Assembly: GCF_004799395.1 (NCBI RefSeq)
Contig: NZ_SSMZ01000080.1
Span: forward strand, 5,705-69,704
DNA length: 64,000 bases
Direction: 5' to 3'
Source of the DNA: Phenylobacterium sp.
Lineage (GTDB): Bacteria > Pseudomonadota > Alphaproteobacteria > Caulobacterales > Caulobacteraceae
Shown: in pieces, positions 56,443 to 64,000 of the stretch
Layout of the letters: each line of letters starts with the position of its first letter
How positions within the stretch are numbered: position 1 is the first letter of the stretch
The notes under the pieces: model-generated
Databases searched by the model: none
What the model saw: only the letters and a program-made list of their open reading frames with translations
Told to the model about the DNA's origin: nothing
Translations under genes and position numbers: made by a program

Positions 56443-56458
56443 GTGATGTGGATATCAC
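56443..56458. promoter_or_regulatory. 16-bp palindromic operator candidate, copy 1
   Basis: GTGATGTGGATATCAC, ending 6 nt before the tetR ATG. 14/16 identical to 57438-57453. Confidence 0.5.
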
Positions 56459-56464
56459 GGTCCG

Positions 56465-57043
56465 ATGCCAAGGCGCGTCAGAGGATCGGCTCCGGGCGGG
56501 GACGCCACGCCCACCGCGGTTCGGCTGCGCGACGCGGCCATGGCCGAGTTCAACGCCCATGGTTTCGCCGGCACCGACAGCAACCGCATCGCCCGGCGCG
56601 CCGGCTTCGCGCCACAGACCTTCTACCGCTGGTACAAGGATAAGACCGAGGTCTTCATCGCCTGCTACCGGGCCTGGTGGGATGAGGAGGAGGCGTCGCT
56701 GCAGGCCCTGTTCGACCGTGACGCCCCATCCGAGGCCCTGGTCGAGACCGGCGTCGCGCACCACCGCCGCCATCTGATGTTCCGCCGTAGCCTGCGTCAG
56801 CTGTCGATCGACGACCCCGCGGTGCGCCGCGCCCGCGCCGAGGCGCGGTTGCGGCAGGTCACGCAGCTGCGCGCCTGGGCTGGCCTGGGCTTCAGCGACG
56901 AGCAACTCGCGGTGATGTTCTTCCAGTTCGAGCGCCTGACCGACGCCATCGCCGAGGGGGAGCTGGCCGACATGGGACTCGGCGAGACCGAGGCGCGACG
57001 GCTGATCGCGGGCCTGGTGGATCGGGTGCGTGGCCGCGCCTAG
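56465..57043 (+). CDS. TetR-family transcriptional regulator
   Basis: HTH FAGTDSNRIARRAGFAPQTFYRWYKDK. Confidence 0.85.
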   Translation: MPRRVRGSAPGGDATPTAVRLRDAAMAEFNAHGFAGTDSNRIARRAGFAPQTFYRWYKDKTEVFIACYRAWWDEEEASLQALFDRDAPSEALVETGVAHHRRHLMFRRSLRQLSIDDPAVRRARAEARLRQVTQLRAWAGLGFSDEQLAVMFFQFERLTDAIAEGELADMGLGETEARRLIAGLVDRVRGRA

Positions 57044-57408
57044 CCGGCGACGCCGGCCGCGCGCCCGTAGCTGGCCGCCAGGATCAAGAGGCCGCCGCCG
57101 ATCGCCAGGTCCTTGAGGAACAGGGTCCGCTCGGCCTTATCGCCCAGGTCGAGGTGGAAGACGAAGGCCGTCGCCACACAGAACCCCGCCAGGGCCAGCG
57201 CGCCCCAGCGCGCCTGGAAGCCGCTCAGCACCGAGAGGCCTGCGCCGATCTCCAGCGCGATCACCGCCGGCAGCAGGAAGGCCGGGACGCGATGCTGGGC
57301 CATGTGATCCAGGAACGGCTTCGGCCCTAGGATCTTCGCTACGCCCGCCAGGATGAACAGCAGGGCGACCAACGCACGGCCAGCCCAATTCGCCGCGATC
57401 CAAACCAT
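57040..57408 (-). CDS. DoxX-family membrane protein
   Basis: ATG at 57408 (MVWIAANWAGRALVALLFILAGVAKI...), 4 TM helices. The track ORF is over-extended to 57906. Confidence 0.85.
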   Translation of the reverse strand: MVWIAANWAGRALVALLFILAGVAKILGPKPFLDHMAQHRVPAFLLPAVIALEIGAGLSVLSGFQARWGALALAGFCVATAFVFHLDLGDKAERTLFLKDLAIGGGLLILAASYGRAAGVAG

Positions 57409-57437
57409 CCCCGTCTCCCTGATTCCGCCCTGCGTTT

Positions 57438-57453
57438 GTGATATTGATATCAC
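57438..57453. promoter_or_regulatory. 16-bp palindromic operator candidate, copy 2
   Basis: GTGATATTGATATCAC in the doxX/czcD divergent gap. It lies 30 nt from the doxX ATG and 75 nt from the czcD ATG. Confidence 0.5.
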
Positions 57454-57527
57454 CTTCTTGACCTCGTCAAGCCGCGCCCGCCGCGTTGGCGGATTGATCC
57501 TGCCGGCCCGCGGTGAGACATAGGGCC

Positions 57528-58565
57528 ATGGCGCACACCCACGACCACGGCGATCATGACCATGACGACCATGATCATCGGGACCACGCGCATCACGACG
57601 ATGCCGCGCACGGTCATGAGCATGGCCACAAGCACAGCCACGGCCACGCCAGCGGCCATCACCACCATGCGCCGGTCGACATGGGCAGCGCTTTCGCCGT
57701 CGGGGTGACGCTGAACACGCTCTTCGTGCTGGTCGAAGTGGGCGCGGGCTTCCTGTCCCACTCGATGGCGCTGCTGGCCGACGCCGGCCACAACCTCTCC
57801 GATGTCCTTGCGTTGCTGATGGCCTGGGGCGCGACGGTGCTGGCCAGGCGGGCGCCGACCAGCCGCCGCACCTACGGACTGCGCAAGGGGACCATCCTGG
57901 CCTCATTGGGCAATGCGGTCTTCCTATTGCTGGCGATCGGGGCGATCGTCTCGGAGTCGATCCACCGCCTGACCCTGCACACCGCGATCGACGCCCGCAC
58001 CGTCATGCTGACCGCCGGCCTTGGCGTGGTGATCAACACCACGACCGCGCTGCTGTTCATGCGCGGCAGCCAAGAGGACCTGAACGTCCGCGGCGCCTTC
58101 CTGCACATGGCCAGCGACGCGGCGATTTCGGTGGCAGTCGTGATCGGCGCTGCGGTCATCGCCTTCACCGGCCTGCAATGGATCGACCCCGTCCTCAGCC
58201 TGGGAATCGCGGCGATCATCGTCATGGGCACCTGGGGTCTGCTGCGGGACTCAGTGAACCTGGCGCTGGACGGCGCGCCGCGCGGAATCGACGTCGCTGA
58301 GGTGCGCGAGTGGCTGGCCGCCCTGCCCGGCGTGGAAGAGATCCACGACCTGCACGTCTGGGCGATGAGCACGACGGAGACGGCGCTGACGGCCCATGTG
58401 ATCCGCCCGGCCGCCAAAAATGAGACAGGGGGCGACGATGGCGACAGCTTCCTGCACTCGGCCTGCGAGGGCCTCGCCCACCGCTTCAACATCGGTCACG
58501 CCACCCTGCAGGTGGAGACCGACAGCGAGCACGCCTGCCGCCTGGCCCCCGCCGGCGTGGTGTGA
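57528..58565 (+). CDS. czcD: cation diffusion facilitator (Zn/Co/Cd efflux) with His-rich N-terminus
   Basis: MAHTHDHGDHDHDDHDHRDHAHHDD..., CDF signature SHSMALLADAGHNLSD, and HDLHVW in the C-terminal domain. Confidence 0.9.
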   Translation: MAHTHDHGDHDHDDHDHRDHAHHDDAAHGHEHGHKHSHGHASGHHHHAPVDMGSAFAVGVTLNTLFVLVEVGAGFLSHSMALLADAGHNLSDVLALLMAWGATVLARRAPTSRRTYGLRKGTILASLGNAVFLLLAIGAIVSESIHRLTLHTAIDARTVMLTAGLGVVINTTTALLFMRGSQEDLNVRGAFLHMASDAAISVAVVIGAAVIAFTGLQWIDPVLSLGIAAIIVMGTWGLLRDSVNLALDGAPRGIDVAEVREWLAALPGVEEIHDLHVWAMSTTETALTAHVIRPAAKNETGGDDGDSFLHSACEGLAHRFNIGHATLQVETDSEHACRLAPAGVV

Positions 58566-59845
58566 GCCGAACGCCCCGCACCTTGCCGCTGGCCCTCTAC
58601 GCCGCGGCGACGGGCCTGCTGGAGCCCCTGGCGCCGAGCCTGCTGCGCCGGCGCGCGGCCCGCGGCAAGGAAGCGCCTGACCGCCTGAACGAGCGCCTGG
58701 GCCGGCCCGACCTGCCCAGGCCTGATGGCCCCCTCGCCTGGCTGCACGGGGTCAGTGTGGGCGAGAGCCTGTCGCTGCTGCCGCTGATCGCCGCGTTGCG
58801 CGCGGCCCGCCCGGGCCTGTCCATCCTCGTCACCTCCGGCACGGTGACCTCCGCCCAGGTCCTGGCCCAGCGGCTGCCCCCCGGCGTGATCCACCAGTTC
58901 GCACCCGTCGACGCGCCTGGCGCGGCGGCGCGCTTCCTCGACCACTGGCGTCCGGACGCCGTGCTGTTCGTCGAAAGCGAGCTCTGGCCGAACCTGATCG
59001 TGGCGGCCAAGGCCCGCGGCGCGCGCCTGGCCCTGATCTCGGCGCGGATGACGAAGGCCAGCGCCGACGGCTGGGGACGCGCGCCCGGCACGGCGCGCGC
59101 GCTGCTGCAGGCCTTCGATCTGGTGCTGGCGCAGGACGGCGACACCGAGGCGCGATTGGCGGCCCTGGGCGCCACGCTCGGGCCGCGGCTGAACCTGAAG
59201 CTGGTGGGCGAGGCGCCGCCGGTAGACGCAGCGATCGTGGCCGCCTTGAAGGCGGGCCTGGGCGGGCGCAAGGCCGTGCTGGCCGCCAGCACCCATCCCG
59301 GCGAGGAGGCGCTTGTCGCCCAGGCGTTTCGCACCGCCACGGCCGAAGGGCCGCCCGCCGTGCTGCTCGTCGCCCCGCGCCACCCCGAGCGCGGGCCCGA
59401 CGTCGCCAGCGAACTCCAGGGCCTGGGCTTCACAGTCGCCCGGCGCGCGGCGGGGGAGCCGCTGACGCCGCGGACCGACGCCTATGTGGTGGACACCCTG
59501 GGCGAGCTCGGCGGCTTCTACGCGACTTCGGACGCGGTGGTGATGGGTGGCAGCTTCGTGGCCGGGGTCGGCGGGCACAACCCGCTGGAGGCCGCCCGGC
59601 TGGAAGCCGCCATCGTAACGGGTCCTCACGCATTCAACGCCCGCGACATCTATGCGGCGATGCTCGCCAACGCCGCCGCCATCGAGGCCGCCGACGCCGG
59701 CGCGCTCGCGCGGCACATCGCGGGCCTGCTGGCCAATCCGATGATCGCGCGGCGGATCGGCGAGGCGGCGGCCGACTACGCGGCGCGGCAGGGCGCAGCG
59801 CTGATCGCCGCCATGGCCCTGATCGAGCCCCTGCTGGCCGCATGA
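58562..59845 (+). CDS. waaA: 3-deoxy-D-manno-octulosonic acid (Kdo) transferase
   Basis: GTG start overlapping the czcD stop (GTGA). WLHGVSVGESLSLLPLI and GGSFVAGVGGHNPLEAA. Confidence 0.92.
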   Translation: MSRTPRTLPLALYAAATGLLEPLAPSLLRRRAARGKEAPDRLNERLGRPDLPRPDGPLAWLHGVSVGESLSLLPLIAALRAARPGLSILVTSGTVTSAQVLAQRLPPGVIHQFAPVDAPGAAARFLDHWRPDAVLFVESELWPNLIVAAKARGARLALISARMTKASADGWGRAPGTARALLQAFDLVLAQDGDTEARLAALGATLGPRLNLKLVGEAPPVDAAIVAALKAGLGGRKAVLAASTHPGEEALVAQAFRTATAEGPPAVLLVAPRHPERGPDVASELQGLGFTVARRAAGEPLTPRTDAYVVDTLGELGGFYATSDAVVMGGSFVAGVGGHNPLEAARLEAAIVTGPHAFNARDIYAAMLANAAAIEAADAGALARHIAGLLANPMIARRIGEAAADYAARQGAALIAAMALIEPLLAA

Positions 59846-60864
59846 AGCTCTCGACGCCCCGCTGGTGGTACGTGCGCGACGACGCCCAGCGGCGCGGCGG
59901 CATGCCGTGGATCCGCGCGGCGCTGACGCCGGCCTCCTGGATCTGGACGGCGGTGACCGCGCGGCGGATCGCCCGCACCGTCCCCGTCGATCCCGGCGTC
60001 CCGGTGATCTGTGTCGGCAACCTCACGATGGGCGGCGTCGGCAAGACCCCAGTGGTGAGCGCGCTCGCCGACCGGCTCGCCGCGCGGGGCCTGGCGGTCC
60101 ATCTGCTGTCGCGGGGCTACGGCGGCCGGCTGGAGGGTCCCGTGCGGGTCGAACCCGCGACGCACACCACAGGCGATGTCGGCGACGAGCCGCTGATGCT
60201 CGCGGCCCACTATCCGGTCTGGGTGTCCCGCGACCGCGCCGCCGGAGCCAAGGCGGCCGCAGCCGCCGGGGCCCAGGTGATCGTCATGGACGACGGCCAC
60301 CAGAACCCCTCGGTGAAGAAGGCCCTGTCGCTGGTTGTGGTGGATGGCGAGACCCGCGGCGAGGACTGGCCGTTCGGCGACGGGCGCGTGTTCCCCGCCG
60401 GGCCCATGCGCGAGCCGCTGGCCGTGGGCCTGGCGCGGGCGGATGCGGTTCTGGTGCTGCTTCCCGGAGACCTGCCCCAGGCGGAGGCGGAGCTGACCGC
60501 GATGCTGGCCGGGCCGCTATTGCTGACCGGCCACCTCCAACCGACTTCCGCGCCGCCGGCGGGGCCGCAGGTGGGCTTCGCCGGCATCGGCAAGCCGTGG
60601 AAGGTGGCCGCCTCTCTGAAAGCCGCCGGCTGCGAGCTCGCCGACTTCGCGCCCTTCCCCGATCACGCCGCCTACAGCCAAGCGACGCTGAAGGCGCTCG
60701 CCGACCGCGCCAGCGTCTTCAACGCCGGCCTGGTGACCACCGAGAAGGACTGGGTGCGCCTACCGCCGGAATGGCGCGCGCGGGTCGCCGTCTGGCCGGT
60801 GAAGGCGGTGTTCGACGACCCCGCGGCGCTGGACTCCCTGCTGGCGAAGGCCGGGATCGGCTAG
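59842..60864 (+). CDS. lpxK: tetraacyldisaccharide 4'-kinase
   Basis: ATGA overlap with waaA. P-loop VGNLTMGGVGKTPVV. Confidence 0.92.
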   Translation: MKLSTPRWWYVRDDAQRRGGMPWIRAALTPASWIWTAVTARRIARTVPVDPGVPVICVGNLTMGGVGKTPVVSALADRLAARGLAVHLLSRGYGGRLEGPVRVEPATHTTGDVGDEPLMLAAHYPVWVSRDRAAGAKAAAAAGAQVIVMDDGHQNPSVKKALSLVVVDGETRGEDWPFGDGRVFPAGPMREPLAVGLARADAVLVLLPGDLPQAEAELTAMLAGPLLLTGHLQPTSAPPAGPQVGFAGIGKPWKVAASLKAAGCELADFAPFPDHAAYSQATLKALADRASVFNAGLVTTEKDWVRLPPEWRARVAVWPVKAVFDDPAALDSLLAKAGIG

Positions 60865-61934
60865 GCGACCGCGCCAGCCTTCTCCGCGAACTTCCAGCTG
60901 GCCTGGGCCAGGGAGATCACGCGGTCGGCCTGCTGGGCGGCGTGGGGGCTGTTGGCAGTGCCGTCGCGCACCCGCCCGACGATGCCCTGCAGGATGCCCG
61001 CCAGGCGGAAGGCGTTGTAGCTGAAGAACCAGTTCAGATCGTGCAGGCCGGTGCGGCCCGTCAGGCTGCAGTAGTACTCCACGGTCTCGTCCATGGTCGG
61101 AATGCCGTGGGCCTTCTGATCCGGGACCGTCGAGATCGTGCCGTTGACCCAGTTCATGAGCAGATAGGTGAAGTCGGCCAGAGGCTCGCCGAGCGTCGAC
61201 AGTTCCCAATCCAACACCGCAGTCACCTTGGGTTCGGTCGGGTGGAAGATCATGTTGTCGAGACGGTAGTCGCCGTGGACGATCGAGGTCCGTTCCTGCG
61301 CGGGCAGGGTCTTCGGCAGCCAGTCGATCAGCCGTTCGATCTCCGGGATGTGCTGGGTCTCGGACGCCTTGTACTGCTTGGTCCAGCGCTCGACCTGACG
61401 ACCCATATAGTTGCCCGGCCGGCCATAGTCGGAGAGGCCGATGGCCTCGTAGTCGGTGTTGTGCAGGTCGGCGAGCACCTTGATCTTGTCCATGAAGATC
61501 GCGTGGCGCTCGGGCGGTTGGTACTGCGGCAGGGTCTGGTCCCAGAGGATGCGGCCCTCGACCATGTCCATGATGTAGAACCAGGTGCCGATCACCTCGT
61601 CGTCGATGCAAAGGCCGTAGGTCTTCGCCACCGGAAAGCCGGTCGTTCCGAGCGCGGTGATCACCTTGTATTCGCGATCCACCGCGTGGGCGGATGGCAG
61701 CAGCTTGCCCGGCGGCTTGCGGCGCAGGACGTACTTCTTGCCCGGCGTGATCAGCTGATAGGTGGGGTTCGATTGGCCGCCCTTGAACTGGCGCACCTCC
61801 AGCGGACCGGTGTAGCCCGCGACATTGGCCTGCATCCAGCGGGCTAGGGCGGCTTCGTCGAACTTGTGCGACTCCGCCACGTCCTTGGTGCCGGTGTTGA
61901 GCTGTTCGCGCTCCTGCTCGGCGACGTCGACCAT
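60861..61934 (-). CDS. APH-fold phosphotransferase family protein (ACAD10/11 N-terminal-like)
   Basis: FKGGQSNPTYQL and the catalytic loop IVHGDYRLDNMIF. Confidence 0.85.
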   Translation of the reverse strand: MVDVAEQEREQLNTGTKDVAESHKFDEAALARWMQANVAGYTGPLEVRQFKGGQSNPTYQLITPGKKYVLRRKPPGKLLPSAHAVDREYKVITALGTTGFPVAKTYGLCIDDEVIGTWFYIMDMVEGRILWDQTLPQYQPPERHAIFMDKIKVLADLHNTDYEAIGLSDYGRPGNYMGRQVERWTKQYKASETQHIPEIERLIDWLPKTLPAQERTSIVHGDYRLDNMIFHPTEPKVTAVLDWELSTLGEPLADFTYLLMNWVNGTISTVPDQKAHGIPTMDETVEYYCSLTGRTGLHDLNWFFSYNAFRLAGILQGIVGRVRDGTANSPHAAQQADRVISLAQASWKFAEKAGAVA

Positions 61935-62011
61935 GGCGATCCCTCGTACAATTGTTTGAAGCCACTTTATCGGGGCGGCCGCCTTCGGAGCAAGGCGCTC
62001 GGGTCACCTTC

Positions 62012-63283
62012 TCAGCGGGCCAGCGCGCGCCAGCCGATGTCGGTGCGATGGAAGCCCTGCGGCCAGTCGATCCGGGCGACCGCGCCGTAGGCGCGCTCGC
62101 GGGCCTCGGCGAGGTCGGTCCCGGCGGCGCAGACGTTGAGCGCGCGGCCGGCGCCGGCCAGCACCGCGCCGTCTGGCCCGGCCGAGGTCCCGGCGTGGAA
62201 GACCACCACGCCTTCGCCGAAATCCTGGTCCAGGCCGCCGATCACGCTGCCGGCCTTGGCTGGACCGGGATAGCCCTCGGTGGCCAGCACAACGCAGACC
62301 GCGTCGTCGTCGCGCCAGACGGGCTCCGGCATCTCGTGTAGGCGGCCCGTGGCGCAGGCCACCAGGTAGGGCACGAGGTCGCTTTCCAGGCGCAGCATCA
62401 GCACCTGGCATTCCGGGTCGCCGAAACGGGCGTTGAACTCGATCAGCTTCGGCCCGTGGCGCGTCGCCATCAGCTCCACGAACAGCACCCCGCGGTAGGG
62501 CGCGCCGTCGGCGGCGATGCCCTTGAACGCTGGCTCGACGAGGCGTTTGCGGGTCTGCTCGACCAGGTCGTAGGTGAAGACCGGCGCCGGCGAATAGGTC
62601 CCCATGCCGCCGGTGTTCGGCCCCTCGTCACCGTCGAAGGCGCGCTTGTGGTCCTGGGCCCAGCCGAACAGCATCGAATGCTTGCCGTCGCAGAGCGCGA
62701 AGAGCGAGCCGATCTCGCCTTCGAGGAATTCTTCGATGACCACCCGAGCGCCGGCCGCGCCAAAGTTCCCTGAGAAGGCGTCGTCGATAGCGGCCTCGGC
62801 GGCGGCGCGGTCGGTGGCGATCACCACGCCCTTGCCCGCGGCCAGGCCGTCGGCCTTGACCACATAGGGCGGCTCGAAGTGCGCCAGGGCAGCCTTGGCG
62901 GCCGGGGCGTCGTCACAGATGCTGTAGCTGGACGTCGGCAGGTGATGGCGGTCGCAGAAGGCCTTGGTGAAGGCCTTGGAGGACTCCAGCCGGCCCGCCG
63001 CGGCGCTGGGCCCGAAACAGGAGATGGCGGCGGCCTCCAACGCGTCGGCCAACCCGGCCTCGATGGCCACCTCAGGCCCGATCACCACGAGATCAGCAGC
63101 GATTTCCTGGGCGAGTTGCACCAGGCGGGCGACCTCAGTCGTCTTGATGTCCCGTGTCTCCGCCAGCATCGCCATGCCGGGATTGCCCGGCGCGCAGACC
63201 AGGCGGGTCAGCAGAGGCGACTGCTTGATCTTCCAGGCCAGCGCATGTTCGCGCCCGCCCGAGCCCACGAGGAGGATGTTCAT
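62012..63283 (-). CDS. purD: phosphoribosylamine--glycine ligase
   Basis: ATG at 63283 (MNILLVGSGGREHALAWK...), ATP-grasp body. Confidence 0.95.
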   Translation of the reverse strand: MNILLVGSGGREHALAWKIKQSPLLTRLVCAPGNPGMAMLAETRDIKTTEVARLVQLAQEIAADLVVIGPEVAIEAGLADALEAAAISCFGPSAAAGRLESSKAFTKAFCDRHHLPTSSYSICDDAPAAKAALAHFEPPYVVKADGLAAGKGVVIATDRAAAEAAIDDAFSGNFGAAGARVVIEEFLEGEIGSLFALCDGKHSMLFGWAQDHKRAFDGDEGPNTGGMGTYSPAPVFTYDLVEQTRKRLVEPAFKGIAADGAPYRGVLFVELMATRHGPKLIEFNARFGDPECQVLMLRLESDLVPYLVACATGRLHEMPEPVWRDDDAVCVVLATEGYPGPAKAGSVIGGLDQDFGEGVVVFHAGTSAGPDGAVLAGAGRALNVCAAGTDLAEARERAYGAVARIDWPQGFHRTDIGWRALAR

Positions 63284-63303
63284 GGGCTGCGCTTTAGCGC
63301 GGC

Positions 63304-63999
63304 TCAACCCTCAAGGTCGAGGGAGTAGCCGGCTGAACGAACGGTCCGGATCGGATCGTCGGTCTCCGAGACGCCGAGCGCCTTCCTCAGCCGGCCGATA
63401 TGCACGTCGACGGTGCGGGCCTCGACATAGACGTCGGAGCCCCAGACGGCGTCCAGCAGTTGCTCGCGGGAGAACACCCGGCCGGGGTGCTGCATCAGGT
63501 AGTCGAGCAGCCGGAATTCGGTGGGGCCGAGGTGGATCTCCTGGCCGGCCCGCTTCACGCGGTGCGCCACGCGGTCGATGAGCAGGTCGCCGCGGCGGAC
63601 GCGGTCCTCGGCGAGGCCCGGGCGGATGCGGCGCAGCACGGCGCGAATGCGCGCCGTCAGCTCGGTCATCGAGAAGGGCTTGACCACATAGTCGTCGGCG
63701 CCGGTGTCGAGGCCGCGCACCCGATCGGTCTCCTCGCCGCGCGCGGTCAGCATGATGATCGGCACGTTGCGGGTCTCGTTGCGCTGGCGCAGGCGCCGGC
63801 AGACCTCGATGCCGGAGACCTTGGGCAGCATCCAGTCCAGCACCACCAGGTCCGGCAGGCGCTCATCGACCAGCAGCAGGGCTTCCTCGCCGTCGCCGGC
63901 CAGGGCGACCTCGTAGCCCTCCTTCTGCAGGTTGTACTGGAGGAGGGTCGCGAGCGAGTCCTCGTCCTCGACCACCAGGACATGAGGCGTCATCTGCAT
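63304..63999 (-). CDS. phoB: phosphate regulon response regulator
   Basis: Receiver VLVVEDEDSLATLLQYNL...LVVLDWMLPKVSG...IIMLTARGEE, plus an OmpR-type winged helix LGPTEFRLLDYL...VDVHIGRLRKAL. Confidence 0.9.
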   Translation of the reverse strand: MQMTPHVLVVEDEDSLATLLQYNLQKEGYEVALAGDGEEALLLVDERLPDLVVLDWMLPKVSGIEVCRRLRQRNETRNVPIIMLTARGEETDRVRGLDTGADDYVVKPFSMTELTARIRAVLRRIRPGLAEDRVRRGDLLIDRVAHRVKRAGQEIHLGPTEFRLLDYLMQHPGRVFSREQLLDAVWGSDVYVEARTVDVHIGRLRKALGVSETDDPIRTVRSAGYSLDLEG

Positions 64000-64000
64000 C

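Noticed and set aside
57528-57680. Apparent tandem cac/cat-gac repeat DNA
   Set aside because: It is the coding sequence for the His/Asp-rich N-terminus of the CDF transporter, not a non-coding tandem repeat or CRISPR-like array.
59865-61847. 660-aa plus-strand ORF
   Set aside because: Out of frame over lpxK and antisense to the APH-like kinase. No motifs.
1-64000. Search for rRNA, tRNA, CRISPR arrays, IS elements, integrases and prophage or defence-island genes
   Set aside because: The intergenic gaps are short (the longest is about 440 nt). None shows cloverleaf-like, direct-repeat/spacer or terminal-inverted-repeat/transposase structure, and no nuclease/helicase/integrase motifs were seen in any supported ORF.

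Overview
High-GC chromosomal core region that looks alphaproteobacterial and Caulobacterales-like. That placement is inferred from gene order, the PEPxxWA-CTERM tail and GTTC-N7-GTTC boxes, and G+C was not computed. I support about 68 protein-coding genes, tightly packed on both strands.

Main blocks:
- aa3-type cytochrome c oxidase cluster on the minus strand: ctaC-ctaD-ctaB-small ORF-ctaG-ctaE-DUF983-SURF1-thrC.
- tldD, a TonB-dependent receptor and a POT peptide transporter.
- gshA, rsmE, ppk2.
- A YcaQ-family DNA glycosylase gene.
- A DUF898/M48 protease pair next to an ABC exporter.
- ubiA and ubiD.
- Several secreted peptidases (S10, S1C, M24, GGT).
- pmbA.
- The LPS cluster msbA-DUF374-[tetR-doxX-czcD]-waaA-lpxK.
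- purD and phoB.

I found no rRNA, tRNA, CRISPR array, transposase, integrase or phage genes. Most long ORFs in the supplied track that lie antisense or out of frame to these genes are GC-rich shadow frames and were discarded. Several true starts lie downstream of the track starts and were re-derived by reading the sequence.

I cannot point to a clear-cut novel multi-gene system. The observations most worth follow-up:
1. The uncharacterised DUF898+M48 module is bracketed by a decayed ~81-nt direct repeat of the ABC exporter 3' end.
2. A 16-bp palindromic operator occurs twice (14/16 identical), in front of tetR and in the doxX/czcD divergent promoter. This three-gene unit sits inside the LPS core cluster.
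3. Two alphaproteobacterial LexA-type boxes (GTTC-N7-GTTC) lie in promoter gaps, one before the YcaQ-family crosslink glycosylase gene.
4. Two small secreted Tyr/Gly-rich proteins share a GYAP(E/D)YGY motif.
5. Five of thirteen convergent gene pairs share a 4-nt CTAG stop overlap.
6. Several structured non-coding elements are present: a hairpin sequestering the ubiA ribosome-binding site, a PPP-containing upstream mini-ORF, and nested inverted repeats.

All family assignments come from motif recognition by eye, not from database searches.
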